This document shows positions 1 through 9,690 of a stretch of DNA of 64,000 nt, one piece after another; position 1 is the first letter of the stretch, and each line of letters opens with the position of its first letter. A program made the position numbers and the translations under genes. Origin of the DNA: an uncultured Candidatus Poseidoniales archaeon (lineage in GTDB: Archaea > Thermoplasmatota > Poseidoniia > Poseidoniales > Thalassarchaeaceae); assembly GCA_964585295.1 (NCBI GenBank), contig CAZPCY010000004.1, positions 1,674 to 65,673 of the forward strand, written 5' to 3'. The notes beneath the pieces were generated by a model. It was not told the DNA's origin. It worked only from the letters and a program-made list of their open reading frames with translations, and searched no databases.

Positions 1-36
1 CTGGGAGCGGAACGGATACCACAACCGCGGGGATCC

Positions 37-1245
37 TTGGGGCGAGGAGAGATACGCCTACCAGGAGTGATGCGCGTGCCGGCTTCTGACCGCGCCCACA
101 TCCCTTTGTTCCTGATATTCCTCTCGCTCACCCTAGCCGGTTGTAACAGCCCATTCCCGGATTCTGAGGACATCTCGGTAGAAGAGTCGATAGCATCGAC
201 GGTGGAACGCGGAATCGCTGACGGATCCCTGCTAGATCTTGAGGCGATGGTATTGGCCGAGGACAGGTTCTCGATGCGGGTTCGTGAGGTCACTGGTTCA
301 ATCCAAGCGAACGCTACATTCGCCTACGATCGAAACGAGAACATCTCATTGATAGGTCTGATTTACGCATCCCCATACCAGAGCGTCTCATTCACCATCA
401 TAGAAGGTGGAGAGACGTACGCCATCGAGCGGGATGGGAACTGGAGCATTGGTCGCGACCTATCTCCTTCCTTCCATGACCCATTCTCCTTCGAGAGCCC
501 CGAAGATCAATCTCCCTCGTCGGTTTCCATGCCGGCCGCGGAACTGCCCGCCGATGTCGCGGACCTCCGTTCGCTCGATTGGAGCATATCACACGACGCC
601 GACAGCGGTCAAATCGTCGCGATGGCCGACAACGATACCGCGACCATCATACTGGAGTTCTCCTCCGGGGTCGAGGGAGTCCACATCGTCTCGATGGAAG
701 CGTTCGGATCCAGCGACTCATACACAAGGATCGTCAGGTTCGATCGGGGAGGGAAGGTCGTCATCGCACTGCCGAACGAAGCCCCGAGGATGGCCTTCCC
801 ACTGCTGATGGAGAGCCATTCGGGCAGCGCAGAGGATGGGGATTTCATCACCAGCGGCGAGATGTCTCCCTCGTTCCGTTGGGAGGTCGATCCATCCGAT
901 GTGACCTTGGAGGTGGTCGAAGAATTGGATGGGGTCCAGACGGTCATCGCCTCGCTGCTTCTTTCAGATGAATCGACGAGCATCGTCGATTCCGACGGAT
1001 CAAACTGGACCGCTTCTTGGTCGGATACCGATGATGATGGCCTCGTAAGCGCTGGTGATGGCTATAATATTAGGACCGATTCTAATCGCTCCTTCCGGGT
1101 CCGATTCAACGATTCATGGGCGGGTGCATACGCGATCGATCCACTCTCCGCCCCCGGCTTACCATCGATTGTCATCGCGATATCTCTCGCACACCTCGCA
1201 ACCTTCGTGCGGAGACGTGAGGTCGATTCGTCAGGTACTCGCTAA
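37..1245 (+). CDS. Secreted or surface protein. It has an N-terminal signal peptide with a lipobox-like LAGC, many N-x-S/T sequons, and a C-terminal TM helix followed by an RRR tail.
   Basis: The N-terminus is hydrophobic (MRVPASDRAHIPLFLIFLSLTLAGCNSP). The body is acidic and Ser/Asp-rich with at least 7 N-x-S/T sequons. The C-terminus reads ...APGLPSIVIAISLAHLATFVRRREV, which resembles an archaeosortase or exosortase-type sorting signal (P-G-x motif, TM helix, basic cluster). Confidence 0.5.
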   Translation: MGRGEIRLPGVMRVPASDRAHIPLFLIFLSLTLAGCNSPFPDSEDISVEESIASTVERGIADGSLLDLEAMVLAEDRFSMRVREVTGSIQANATFAYDRNENISLIGLIYASPYQSVSFTIIEGGETYAIERDGNWSIGRDLSPSFHDPFSFESPEDQSPSSVSMPAAELPADVADLRSLDWSISHDADSGQIVAMADNDTATIILEFSSGVEGVHIVSMEAFGSSDSYTRIVRFDRGGKVVIALPNEAPRMAFPLLMESHSGSAEDGDFITSGEMSPSFRWEVDPSDVTLEVVEELDGVQTVIASLLLSDESTSIVDSDGSNWTASWSDTDDDGLVSAGDGYNIRTDSNRSFRVRFNDSWAGAYAIDPLSAPGLPSIVIAISLAHLATFVRRREVDSSGTR

Positions 1246-2913
1246 TCAAGCGGTCGCGGCAGATAAATCGCACCGATCGGCCAAAGTGGAATCGGAACGG
1301 AGGATGCGCCAACCATCCGGCAGCACGGTCGCATCTTCATTCTCAGGCATGACCTCCTGCCAATGCTCTCCGACCTCTTCTTCGACCTCTGGAGCTAGCA
1401 CTAGAACTGCTACGTTCGCGAGGTCCCCTTGGTGTTCTCTCACAGTGCAGTTCTCGATCTCGTCCACCCAAGTGGTCTCCACCGCTCTCCAATGTCCGGT
1501 GATGTTCCTCGTTCCATTCGCGTCGACACCCATGTGCAGAAGGTACAGCCTGCTCATGCTAGCGTAGGTGCGGGTGACTAGTAGGAACTCCTCTTCATCC
1601 TCGATCACCTCTCCGAGGGCGATTGATGCATCCTCCCCTCTTTTGTCTGGGGTGAAGGTCGGTCCGATAGCTGCTGCGGAAGAGAGGGGGAGCATCAACA
1701 GAGCGACGAAGACCACCCTTGCCCTCCTGCTTCTCAGGTCGAGGAATGGAGCCGGTGCGGAATCGGGCGCCGGCTCATCTGCCTCGTCCTTAGGAAGTGT
1801 CTCGACCAGCCATTGGGCTGGAATAATCAGCAGCGACATGTAACGGCCGTTAATCGCATACGCTGACATCGTCCAGAGGAGTCCCATTCCGTAGATCGAT
1901 CCCTCGTAGGCCCAGAAGGAGGCGTTGAGGACGATGATGACGGTCATTGGGATGAGAAGTGCCATCCATAGGTGGAGGCCACCATTGGGCAGACCTTGAC
2001 CGATCGCCCTTCTGAAAGCGCTGAGATGTGGCCAGAGGAAGAGGCCGAAGATGCCCCAGACGCCAGCGAATATCAAGGTGCTGAAAGCGAGGGCGGGCAG
2101 AAGCGACCACGGCTGTCGAACTGATTCAGACATCGACCATCCAGGGGATGGATTGAGCCAAGCATCGACGAGCATGGCGCCACCTAGCATTACGCTAACG
2201 GCGACGCCGGCCGCGAACCAACGCTTCTCTATGAAATCGCGCCATCGCGTGGATATTTCGAGTGGCACAACCCAAGCGAGTGCGGCGATGCCGACCATGA
2301 TAGGCAGCATCGGTCCCGTGCCCTTGGTCGAGCCGAAGAGGGCGAGAGCACCTCCACACAGCAGCCAATTCGTTGGCATCCTACCCTCGCGACGTTGTTC
2401 GATTCCTTTGAGCAACGCGTCGCATGCTATGAGCATCAGGAGAGCCATCAACTCCTCCTGATAGACGTAGGATGCGCCGAGGATGAAGGCGGGATGGATG
2501 GCAATCATGGCGGTCAGTCTGATCGCCGCATCCTCACCGAAGCGTCGCTTGGTGATTCCATAGGAGATGATCATCAGAAGGGCGGACATGGCCAGAGCAC
2601 TGGTGTGTAGGACGAAGCCGCTGCGGCCGAACGGGATAATCCATATCAGAAGCCACAGATGCCATGCGATGTATCGAAGTCCGATCTCAGCACCGACTCC
2701 ACCTGGGTCCGATGCGAGGGGATTCCAGGGGTTGCGATTCGGCCCCCAGTCGAGGGCGAACACGCCGTGTTGGAGGAAGTTGGTGACATATGTCGCATGC
2801 AGATGCGTATCGACACCCACGTTCGACACCAAGGAGCCGATCAGACGCAGAGCAATGCCAACCACGATCAGGCGGCGCCAGAATCGCTGACTGTCGGTCA
2901 ATTCTAGCCGCAT
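1246..2913 (-). CDS. GT-C fold membrane glycosyltransferase (ArnT/PMT/GT39-like). It has about 12 TM helices plus a C-terminal extracytoplasmic domain.
   Basis: It is polytopic, with hydrophobic helices throughout its first ~420 aa. Loop motifs resemble the ArnT/PMT family of undecaprenyl- or dolichyl-phosphate sugar transferases. The probable start is MRLELTDSQRFWRRLIVVG at 2913; the ORF-track start at 3015 would add a non-hydrophobic leader. It lies convergent to, and directly abuts, the sequon-rich secreted protein. Confidence 0.5.
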   Translation of the reverse strand: MRLELTDSQRFWRRLIVVGIALRLIGSLVSNVGVDTHLHATYVTNFLQHGVFALDWGPNRNPWNPLASDPGGVGAEIGLRYIAWHLWLLIWIIPFGRSGFVLHTSALAMSALLMIISYGITKRRFGEDAAIRLTAMIAIHPAFILGASYVYQEELMALLMLIACDALLKGIEQRREGRMPTNWLLCGGALALFGSTKGTGPMLPIMVGIAALAWVVPLEISTRWRDFIEKRWFAAGVAVSVMLGGAMLVDAWLNPSPGWSMSESVRQPWSLLPALAFSTLIFAGVWGIFGLFLWPHLSAFRRAIGQGLPNGGLHLWMALLIPMTVIIVLNASFWAYEGSIYGMGLLWTMSAYAINGRYMSLLIIPAQWLVETLPKDEADEPAPDSAPAPFLDLRSRRARVVFVALLMLPLSSAAAIGPTFTPDKRGEDASIALGEVIEDEEEFLLVTRTYASMSRLYLLHMGVDANGTRNITGHWRAVETTWVDEIENCTVREHQGDLANVAVLVLAPEVEEEVGEHWQEVMPENEDATVLPDGWRILRSDSTLADRCDLSAATA

Positions 2914-3121
2914 GGCACAGCCTCCTGACGCCGGCTCGGCTCGGCCCCCCTTTTCAAGGCCACGCCGATGATCAGGTCTCGTGTACCGACTGTGTTTCAA
3001 CGCACTGCATTCCATCGCTAGTCGTCACATTCCTTCGCTTGGATGTATTCCAAAGGTGGAATCCGGGCGGTTTGGGTGACGGGATAAACTAGTTGATGCA
3101 GAGGCGGCCCAACGAGCGCCG

Positions 3122-4648
3122 ATGCGCCGCATGACATACTGTCCCACCTGTGGGGGAGTATTCAACGAAGAGGCGGGATTCTGCCCGAAGTGCGACTTGG
3201 ATGACTCCGAAGGAGCCTCCGAGATTCCCCCTCTCGCCGACCTCTGGGACCTCTCGTTCGCGGATTTGCAAGCGCTCGCCGAGCGACAAGGGGTGCGCGG
3301 ATATCGACGACTCACGCAGAAGAGTCTCATCTGGCAATTGGACCAGATGAGGCTGGAGCAGGTGCAGAATGCGGCCGAAGAGACCGCTGCAAGGGAACTA
3401 GAAGAGGCGATTGAGCAATGGACGGCAGCGTTCGTCGATGCAGCCCACTCGCGTGACGTGGAGGCCGCTCAGGCTGCCTACGATGGCTTGAGCCAGTGTA
3501 CGGATGACATCCACGAGGACATCGTGGTGACGATGGAATGGCTGCTTCTCCCCTCCGTCATCGCGGCCGCGCTTACGGTAGAGGACATCCCACCTCTCGC
3601 ATTCCAAATCGACGACGCCGAGGTGCAGCAGGCCGCGCACGCCATGATTGAGATGATTGGCTACCGAGATGAGGTTCGTGAAATGCTGCAAGAGGTCGCC
3701 AAATCGACCGACGTCGAGCAACATCTACTCGGCCATGAGGACCATGTGATACGCAGCCTTGCGGAGGAGAGAAGAGACGATCTCCGCAAGTTGGAGGCTG
3801 CTCAAGCCGAGGTGGAAGCCGCGCAGGATGAGGCGATCCAGATTAGGAGAGAGCGGATCGCGAGCCTCGATGCCGCCAATGACTTTGAGTCGTTCCCAGA
3901 GCACCTGCTAGAGGTAGATGATCGGGAGGTGAGGAGCCATGCCAAGTCCCGATGGAATACGTTGGAGGAGAAGTTCGCCATGCTGGAGTTGGTGAGTGAG
4001 GCGACGGAACTCGATACAATTGCTGACGCTCTCAATCACGACGATGAAGAGGTGGTCCGCGCCGCCGAGACGAAGCGTCGCGCTCTGCTGCGCAGCAACA
4101 AGCGCGACCTCCTACGCAGGATTGAGAACAGTATCCTAGCGGCTGATCTGCCGGCCGATGCCATCGATCACAGCGACGAAGAGGTGCGAGCCGCCGCAGC
4201 GATGAAGTTGGAGTACCTGCGAGGAGTCGAAGCAACCGTCGACTCGATCTCGTCCATCTACTCATCAGAACCCCTCGAAGATTTGCTGGAGCATGAGCAT
4301 GTCCGGGTTCGTGAGGCGGCGAGGTTGCGATTGCGGATTCTCGACGAGATTCCCGACCGTATCCGTCAGCGTGGCGAACGCTCATCCCGCCTGATCAAGA
4401 TGGTTGACGAGATCGCAGCGGAATGGCACACTGAGGCGGAGGAGAGTCGTGCGGCCGAGGAGAAGGCACTGGGCATGGCCGACAGCGTCGGATTCTCTCT
4501 AGGGGATTCCGTCGATGTCGATTACATAGGACAGAGATTCATTGGGGAGGTTCAGGGATTCACAGCTGATGGAGAGTTTGTCGAGGTGAAGCATTCCGAG
4601 ACCGGCATGGTATGGCCGGTGCCTTTTGACTGCGTCAAACCGGTGTAA
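3122..4648 (+). CDS. Zn-ribbon, Rho_N/SAP-like helix-extended-helix and HEAT (PBS-lyase-like) repeat protein.
   Basis: The N-terminus has a Zn-ribbon: CPTCGG...CPKCD. It is followed by LSFADLQALAERQGVRGYRRLTQKSLIWQL, which matches the Rho termination factor N-terminal / SAP helix-extended-helix pattern. Repeated DEEV(V)RAAA...L units are HEAT-like. The small C-terminal beta domain is GEFVEVKHSETGMVWPVPFDCVKPV. Confidence 0.45.
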   Translation: MRRMTYCPTCGGVFNEEAGFCPKCDLDDSEGASEIPPLADLWDLSFADLQALAERQGVRGYRRLTQKSLIWQLDQMRLEQVQNAAEETAARELEEAIEQWTAAFVDAAHSRDVEAAQAAYDGLSQCTDDIHEDIVVTMEWLLLPSVIAAALTVEDIPPLAFQIDDAEVQQAAHAMIEMIGYRDEVREMLQEVAKSTDVEQHLLGHEDHVIRSLAEERRDDLRKLEAAQAEVEAAQDEAIQIRRERIASLDAANDFESFPEHLLEVDDREVRSHAKSRWNTLEEKFAMLELVSEATELDTIADALNHDDEEVVRAAETKRRALLRSNKRDLLRRIENSILAADLPADAIDHSDEEVRAAAAMKLEYLRGVEATVDSISSIYSSEPLEDLLEHEHVRVREAARLRLRILDEIPDRIRQRGERSSRLIKMVDEIAAEWHTEAEESRAAEEKALGMADSVGFSLGDSVDVDYIGQRFIGEVQGFTADGEFVEVKHSETGMVWPVPFDCVKPV

Positions 4649-4663
4649 TCCGACGCCACCCAT

Positions 4664-7600
4664 TCATGAATCGCTTCGACGCTTGCGGCGAATCGGCCGC
4701 TTCCGGCCACCTCCGCCCTTCCGTCGCACGGTTCTACGCGCACCCTCGCGCTTCTTCGACTCCTCTGCCTTCGCCGCTCCCTCTACCAGACTGACCGAGG
4801 AAGCGAGATCCTTCCCAAGCAGCCTGCCGAGAGCTCCAATTGAGTCCGGACGCCTCTCCGATTCCTTCCACCAAGATTGCTCGTAGATCTTTGTTCTAGC
4901 GGGTTTTGCTTTCTGTAGAGTCCGCCGTCGCTCATCGATTAGATCGAGGAACTCACGCTGCCTCGTACGCTCCAGTTTTTCGGCCAGCCAGCCGGGAAGG
5001 CCGATGTCGTAGACGACGCCTCGCACCCTGATTAGGATCCCGCTCAACAGCAGATGGGTGCCGACGGGAAGTCCATTGGGATCGAATCTGATTTTGCTCC
5101 TCCGCATCCTCTTCGCCAATTTGACCATCGCCGTCTGATCCCGGTGGGTGATGACTGTTTCCTGGCTTTTCTGCACGCGAAGCAGGAAGATATGACCGCC
5201 GACTAGGGTCATCGCAGTGAGGAAACCCGGTGTTAAGTCACCGAGCGTGAAACCGATCGCCACGCCTATTCCGACCCAGATGGGCATCAGGAGAACATAG
5301 TGGAACAACGACTCTCTCTCGGTCTGTCGGAGGCTTGGCTGCAAGCCTCGATCAATCGCTTGGTCGCCTACTAGCAGCATGTTGGCCGACAGCACCTCGT
5401 CCTCTCCGCCGCTCGCGTGCATTGCTGCAACCGGGTTGACTGGAGCCGAGTCTATCCACTCCTTCATCGATTCACCATCTCCGGTGACCAGCGCTGGTTC
5501 GATTTCACTGGAGTCGACCTCGTGTCCTAGAATCGCTCCGAGTGCTACCACTCTCGGATCGGCTCCAGCGTCGCGCGCTAGTGCGCGATGGATCTCCAAC
5601 GCGCTGTGCGAATCCTCAGGCATCGCGATACCATCGATGAGACAGAGCGCAAGGGCTATCCTAGCACCCACATGGGAGGGCTCGGCCTTGACCGCCGTCA
5701 CTGCCTCACCGAACGCCTCAACCCCTCTGCGCTGCATCCGGAGCAGGGCTATCGACGAGAGTCTGCTACGCATGGATATCATCGGATCATCGATGGTTTT
5801 TCCCTCGTCCCATGCCTCCCACTCCGGAAGTCGTTTCATGACGTTGCGAAGATGGACGAGTGAGGGGTGGCGAGCGTGGCTCTTTCTTAGATTCTGACTT
5901 ACCTGACCTCGCCACGGATCGAGGAATTCAGTTAACATCATGAGCACCTCGACATCCTCGTCGCATTCCTCCTCCGGAATCTCGTAGAGGATCCGCTTCG
6001 CCGCATCCAATCGTCTAGTCGCGAGGTACGATGCAGCCAGCACCAAGCGCGGTTCGATGCCTGCTCCACCCTGCTGAGCGAGCAGCGACCTAGCCTCTTT
6101 CATTGCCGCTGGCCAAAGGCCACGAATGGCTAATTCGATCATTCTCGCCCTCGTCTTCTCCATCCGGACCACCGCTTCGTCACCGGCCAGCGGCGCGTCT
6201 TGGAAGAGGCGGAGGGCGTTGATGTCCTCACGGCACGCCGATTCGTGGATCATCGCGGTCATCCATTCACCCGCCCCCTCAAGGGTAGATTCCTCGCGTC
6301 GTTCCTCAGGAGATAGGTCGAACGACATGCCACGCAGTTGCTTCAGACGAGGGAGGCTCAGCATCCAGATGACGAGGAAGACGGCCTGACCGACAGCGAT
6401 GAATGACCAGGTGGCAAGGAGGATTACCGGCTCTGTGAATCCCTTCGCCTCCAAGGTCGAGGCGTACGGCATCAGCGATGAGAACTCCTTGTAGCAGACC
6501 AGAACCAAGAGCAGGACGGTGTAGCCGCTAAATCCTGCGAACGAGAAGTAGAGCAGCCTTGCTTGCACGCTTTTCTCAGCTCGAATCTCGTGTGGGGTGG
6601 AGAGGACCAATCCTCCGAATCCGGAGAACGTCTGGCCGCCAATGAAGAGGTTGCGGATTAGTTCGAAAATGAAAGCTAGTCCGACGATGGCGATATTCAT
6701 CGACAGGAAGGTGGCCAAAACAATAGGCACTGCCTTCAACCACTGGAACTGCTCTATCAGATCTTGCAGATTCACTGCTTCTATGAATCCCCAACCCAAC
6801 AATCCGCCATAGTTCAGGATGTTCTCAGACGTCTCTGATGCTGGGTCTCCCAAGGTGACGTAGAGGACCGTCAAAAGGCCGTTCAGAGCCGTGATCGGCA
6901 TGGTACTGAGGAAGAACACCAAAACGGCTGAGTTCAGTCTGGTCAGACGGGTTGACTCGGATGGGTCGATTGGTGTCCTCTCTCCTTTGTACGAACGCCA
7001 CTTGTTGAGAAGAAGCATGTTCCAAGAGGCGCCGAGGATTCTGCCATAGGCGAGGACCGTTGGAGACATGAAGATCAGTGAGGCGTAGACGATCCAGGAG
7101 GCGCGATCCTCGGGGAACCTGTTCCAACCGTAGACGAGGACGAATGAGGTCAGGACAATCAGGATGATCATCTGGGCGAATCGCGAGACGATTCTCATCA
7201 CGAAGGATCCCGACCCCTGCTCTCCCGATTCGCTGGAGAGTTGGGCTGACAGCGTCTCCAGTGGCGAATAGAGGACTGGAAGGGAGATCAGTACTAGCAT
7301 CAGGTAGACCGACGCGGAATGGTAGGTTGTCGGCATGACGAGGAGTTCGGCGATTAGGATCAGAACTCCTGCCATGGCCATTAGATAGGCGGTTACACCA
7401 ATGCCGACGCGAGGCAGTGAGAGAAGCCTCTTTGCGTCCGCCCGGTCCTTCGTCAGTCGGTGTACCTCGTAGAGGTCGTCATCGACTTCAAATGCAACCT
7501 GTAGGGATGAGAGGGAAGTGGGTAGCAACAGTCGCCAGAGAACGGGGACCGCGATGGCAGCTAGGATGATGGGAAGGAACAGAATCGGTTCGAAACCGAC

Positions 7601-7753
7601 GGCTATAATCGCATCCTCCGCCGCGACTCCCGGGAGGAATGCGGAGCAAGCGAGGACTCCGGTGAGCAGGTAGAGGCTACTCCGTCCGAGCGAGCGCAGC
7701 ATCGTTGGGACCCCGGTACCGTACGATGAGGCCCCGGTCACGATATGTAGCAA
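4664..7753 (-). CDS. Large (1029 aa) uncharacterised polytopic membrane protein. It has an internal cytoplasmic TPR-like domain and a poly-basic C-terminal tail.
   Basis: The N-terminal ~560 aa contain at least 12 hydrophobic helices. A central ~330-aa helical soluble region has TPR-like repeats. It has two further TM helices and a C-terminus of RRKGGGGRKRPIRRKRRSDS. Confidence 0.5.
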   Translation of the reverse strand: MLHIVTGASSYGTGVPTMLRSLGRSSLYLLTGVLACSAFLPGVAAEDAIIAVGFEPILFLPIILAAIAVPVLWRLLLPTSLSSLQVAFEVDDDLYEVHRLTKDRADAKRLLSLPRVGIGVTAYLMAMAGVLILIAELLVMPTTYHSASVYLMLVLISLPVLYSPLETLSAQLSSESGEQGSGSFVMRIVSRFAQMIILIVLTSFVLVYGWNRFPEDRASWIVYASLIFMSPTVLAYGRILGASWNMLLLNKWRSYKGERTPIDPSESTRLTRLNSAVLVFFLSTMPITALNGLLTVLYVTLGDPASETSENILNYGGLLGWGFIEAVNLQDLIEQFQWLKAVPIVLATFLSMNIAIVGLAFIFELIRNLFIGGQTFSGFGGLVLSTPHEIRAEKSVQARLLYFSFAGFSGYTVLLLVLVCYKEFSSLMPYASTLEAKGFTEPVILLATWSFIAVGQAVFLVIWMLSLPRLKQLRGMSFDLSPEERREESTLEGAGEWMTAMIHESACREDINALRLFQDAPLAGDEAVVRMEKTRARMIELAIRGLWPAAMKEARSLLAQQGGAGIEPRLVLAASYLATRRLDAAKRILYEIPEEECDEDVEVLMMLTEFLDPWRGQVSQNLRKSHARHPSLVHLRNVMKRLPEWEAWDEGKTIDDPMISMRSRLSSIALLRMQRRGVEAFGEAVTAVKAEPSHVGARIALALCLIDGIAMPEDSHSALEIHRALARDAGADPRVVALGAILGHEVDSSEIEPALVTGDGESMKEWIDSAPVNPVAAMHASGGEDEVLSANMLLVGDQAIDRGLQPSLRQTERESLFHYVLLMPIWVGIGVAIGFTLGDLTPGFLTAMTLVGGHIFLLRVQKSQETVITHRDQTAMVKLAKRMRRSKIRFDPNGLPVGTHLLLSGILIRVRGVVYDIGLPGWLAEKLERTRQREFLDLIDERRRTLQKAKPARTKIYEQSWWKESERRPDSIGALGRLLGKDLASSVSLVEGAAKAEESKKREGARRTVRRKGGGGRKRPIRRKRRSDS

Positions 7754-7854
7754 TCGCCTGCGGCGTCCATCGTTGCCTCGTCGGCAGGATTAGTGGGAGG
7801 TGGCGGAGGACCGAACGGCGCCGCATTCATCCACCCACACCATGTGCCACGTCT

Positions 7855-8286
7855 ATGTCAGAACCTCAGACCATGTCAGAACGTCCTGGTCCAACCGCGA
7901 TTTCCGAGGCCCTTGGGATTTCGTTGGACCGATTCGGGGGCGGCACCGCCTCGGTCCTTTGCAAGGTCAAGGAAGAACACGCCAACCAAGGTGGGACCGC
8001 CCACGGTGCTCTAATTGCATCAATGATGGACATGGCTCTTGGAGCGGCGCTAATTTCCGATCTGCGGATTGAGGAATGGTGCGCGACGGCGCAGTTGGAT
8101 GTCTCTTTCCTAGACGCCGCGCTCGTCGGGCGGACGTTGACAGGTGAGGGTAGGGTAGTTAGGCGCGGGCGCACGATCGCCCATCTGGAAGGAGAGGTCG
8201 TCGATGATGAAGGAACCTGCATCGCTACGGCGAAGGGTGTTTGGGCGATATGGAGCAGGCAGCCATCCAAGTTCCCAGCGCCGTGA
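7855..8286 (+). CDS. PaaI/4HBT hotdog-fold thioesterase.
   Basis: The GGTAHGALIASMMDMALGAALIS...GEGRVVRRGRTIAHLEGEVVDDEG region matches the PaaI-type thioesterase core. The ORF-track start at 7705 overlaps the 5' end of the divergent membrane gene, so an internal ATG at 7855 was chosen. Confidence 0.6.
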   Translation: MSEPQTMSERPGPTAISEALGISLDRFGGGTASVLCKVKEEHANQGGTAHGALIASMMDMALGAALISDLRIEEWCATAQLDVSFLDAALVGRTLTGEGRVVRRGRTIAHLEGEVVDDEGTCIATAKGVWAIWSRQPSKFPAP

Positions 8287-8345
8287 CGGGCGTCTTTGCC
8301 GAGCAAGGGTTGATTTGGAAGTGCTCAGGTGGTTGCACCAAAGGG

Positions 8346-8693
8346 ATGAGTAGCATGGGGAAGGAGGGTTCCAGCATGTGGCTCTTCTTGGGCCTGATTC
8401 AACTCTTTCTCGGCATGAGCGTCGATGTGGCGGTTCTCCAGTGGCTATTCGGGTCCAGCGGTGCGGGGTTCATGGTGCTCGCTGGTTACTTCATGCTGAG
8501 CAAGAGTCCAGGGGCAAAGGACTTCGTGAGTGAATACAACAAGGATGAGCGTTCGGCGATTTCTCGCAACAACGATGGTCAACTGGTTGATATACCCATT
8601 AAGGGCAATAATCAGGGATTCCAGCGGCTCCTTACTATAATCTGGTTCTTCCTGTTGATCTTCGGCCTTTTCTGGAAAGGAATGGGCAGCTGA
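8346..8693 (+). CDS. Small hypothetical membrane protein.
   Basis: It has two or three hydrophobic helices (WLFLGLIQLFLGMSV..., GFMVLAGYFML, LLTIIWFFLLIFGLFW). The start is uncertain. Confidence 0.3.
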   Translation: MSSMGKEGSSMWLFLGLIQLFLGMSVDVAVLQWLFGSSGAGFMVLAGYFMLSKSPGAKDFVSEYNKDERSAISRNNDGQLVDIPIKGNNQGFQRLLTIIWFFLLIFGLFWKGMGS

Positions 8694-8747
8694 GGTGATT
8701 GTCTGGCCGATCGCGTCGATCGAGTTCTGGACCAGCCATCCTACGAG

Positions 8748-8954
8748 ATGCTCGGTGGTTACTACATTCTCTACCGTCGAGTCGTGCTGCTCATCTTCCT
8801 GCTCTTGGTCTTCCTTCTCTCGATGGAGGCAACTGGTGGAAACTCCGTGTTCGCCGCCATTGTGACTGGTGGTTCAATCGGCCCGTTCTTCCTACTTGAG
8901 CAGAGGATTGCGCTTTCTCTGGCGGCTAGAAGAGACCGCGAGTCTGGAGAATGA
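8748..8954 (+). CDS. Possible small (68 aa) membrane protein.
   Basis: This is a hydrophobic ORF (VVLLIFLLLVFLLSMEA...) lying in the gap upstream of the NfeD-flotillin operon. It has no similarity to anything I recognise. Confidence 0.2.
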   Translation: MLGGYYILYRRVVLLIFLLLVFLLSMEATGGNSVFAAIVTGGSIGPFFLLEQRIALSLAARRDRESGE

Positions 8955-9060
8955 AGCCCCGGCAATCCCGGAGATTCTCCATTCGCCTGAGTAGTGCCCG
9001 TTGCCTCGTCATTCGGCCGAACAGGTCAAAGGGGTCGCCCGTACTCCCTACCCCGATCAC

Positions 9061-9690
9061 ATGTCCGAACTGCTCGAATTCATCGGTCTGTCCGGATCAA
9101 GTGGCCTTGAACTCATGTTCGGGGTTTCTGCCTTAATCGGTGGATTGCTTTTCTTAATCTGGTTCGTCTTGATGATGGTCGGAGGAGCCGTGGCTGATAT
9201 CGGCGGAGATGTATTCGGAGCCGATATAGGCCTCGACACGGATCTCTCGTTCAAGGCCCTCACATTCCAGGGCATCAGCGCCTTCACCATGATGTTCGGA
9301 TTGATTGGTCTGGCGATAGTCCGCAGCACCGACAACACCGCCTTCGCAATCGTCGGTGGCACGATCAGCGGCGGTCTCTCGATGTGGGTGATTGGCAAGC
9401 TCTTTGAGGGATTCATGATGTTGCAGGTGGAGGGGAACCTTAGCCTCGACGAGGCGGTTGGGTCACGTGGGACCGTCTACATGAGAATCTCTCAGGGAGG
9501 GACTGGGCAGGTGCAGGTTACCATTCAGGATCAACTGCGGACGCTGGATGCCATCAGTGAGGATGGAGAGGAGATCAAGACCGGGAGTTACATCGAGGTG
9601 ATCGGTGTAATCGCGGGCACCATGCAGGTGAGGCCGCTGACCGGAAGGGAAGCGAAGGAGAAGGCCCGAGATGGGTCCGTGAAGGAATGA
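9061..9690 (+). CDS. NfeD-like membrane protein (short form). It has N-terminal TM helices plus a C-terminal OB-fold.
   Basis: It has hydrophobic N-terminal helices. The C-terminal beta domain reads GSRGTVYMRISQGGTGQVQVTIQDQLRTLDAISEDGEEIKTGSYIEVIGVIAGTMQVRP, which is typical of an NfeD OB-fold. It sits immediately upstream of the flotillin gene, which is the canonical arrangement. The ORF-track start is a TTG at 9001; the ATG at 9061 is preferred. Confidence 0.6.
   Translation: MSELLEFIGLSGSSGLELMFGVSALIGGLLFLIWFVLMMVGGAVADIGGDVFGADIGLDTDLSFKALTFQGISAFTMMFGLIGLAIVRSTDNTAFAIVGGTISGGLSMWVIGKLFEGFMMLQVEGNLSLDEAVGSRGTVYMRISQGGTGQVQVTIQDQLRTLDAISEDGEEIKTGSYIEVIGVIAGTMQVRPLTGREAKEKARDGSVKE

Noticed and set aside
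1055-1567. A 170-aa plus-strand ORF, plus ORFs 1568-1843, 2051-2461 and others inside the GT-C gene.
   Set aside because: They are antisense shadow ORFs within a convincingly membrane-protein-coding minus-strand gene. Their composition (Ser/Arg/Pro-rich) is typical of GC-rich noise.
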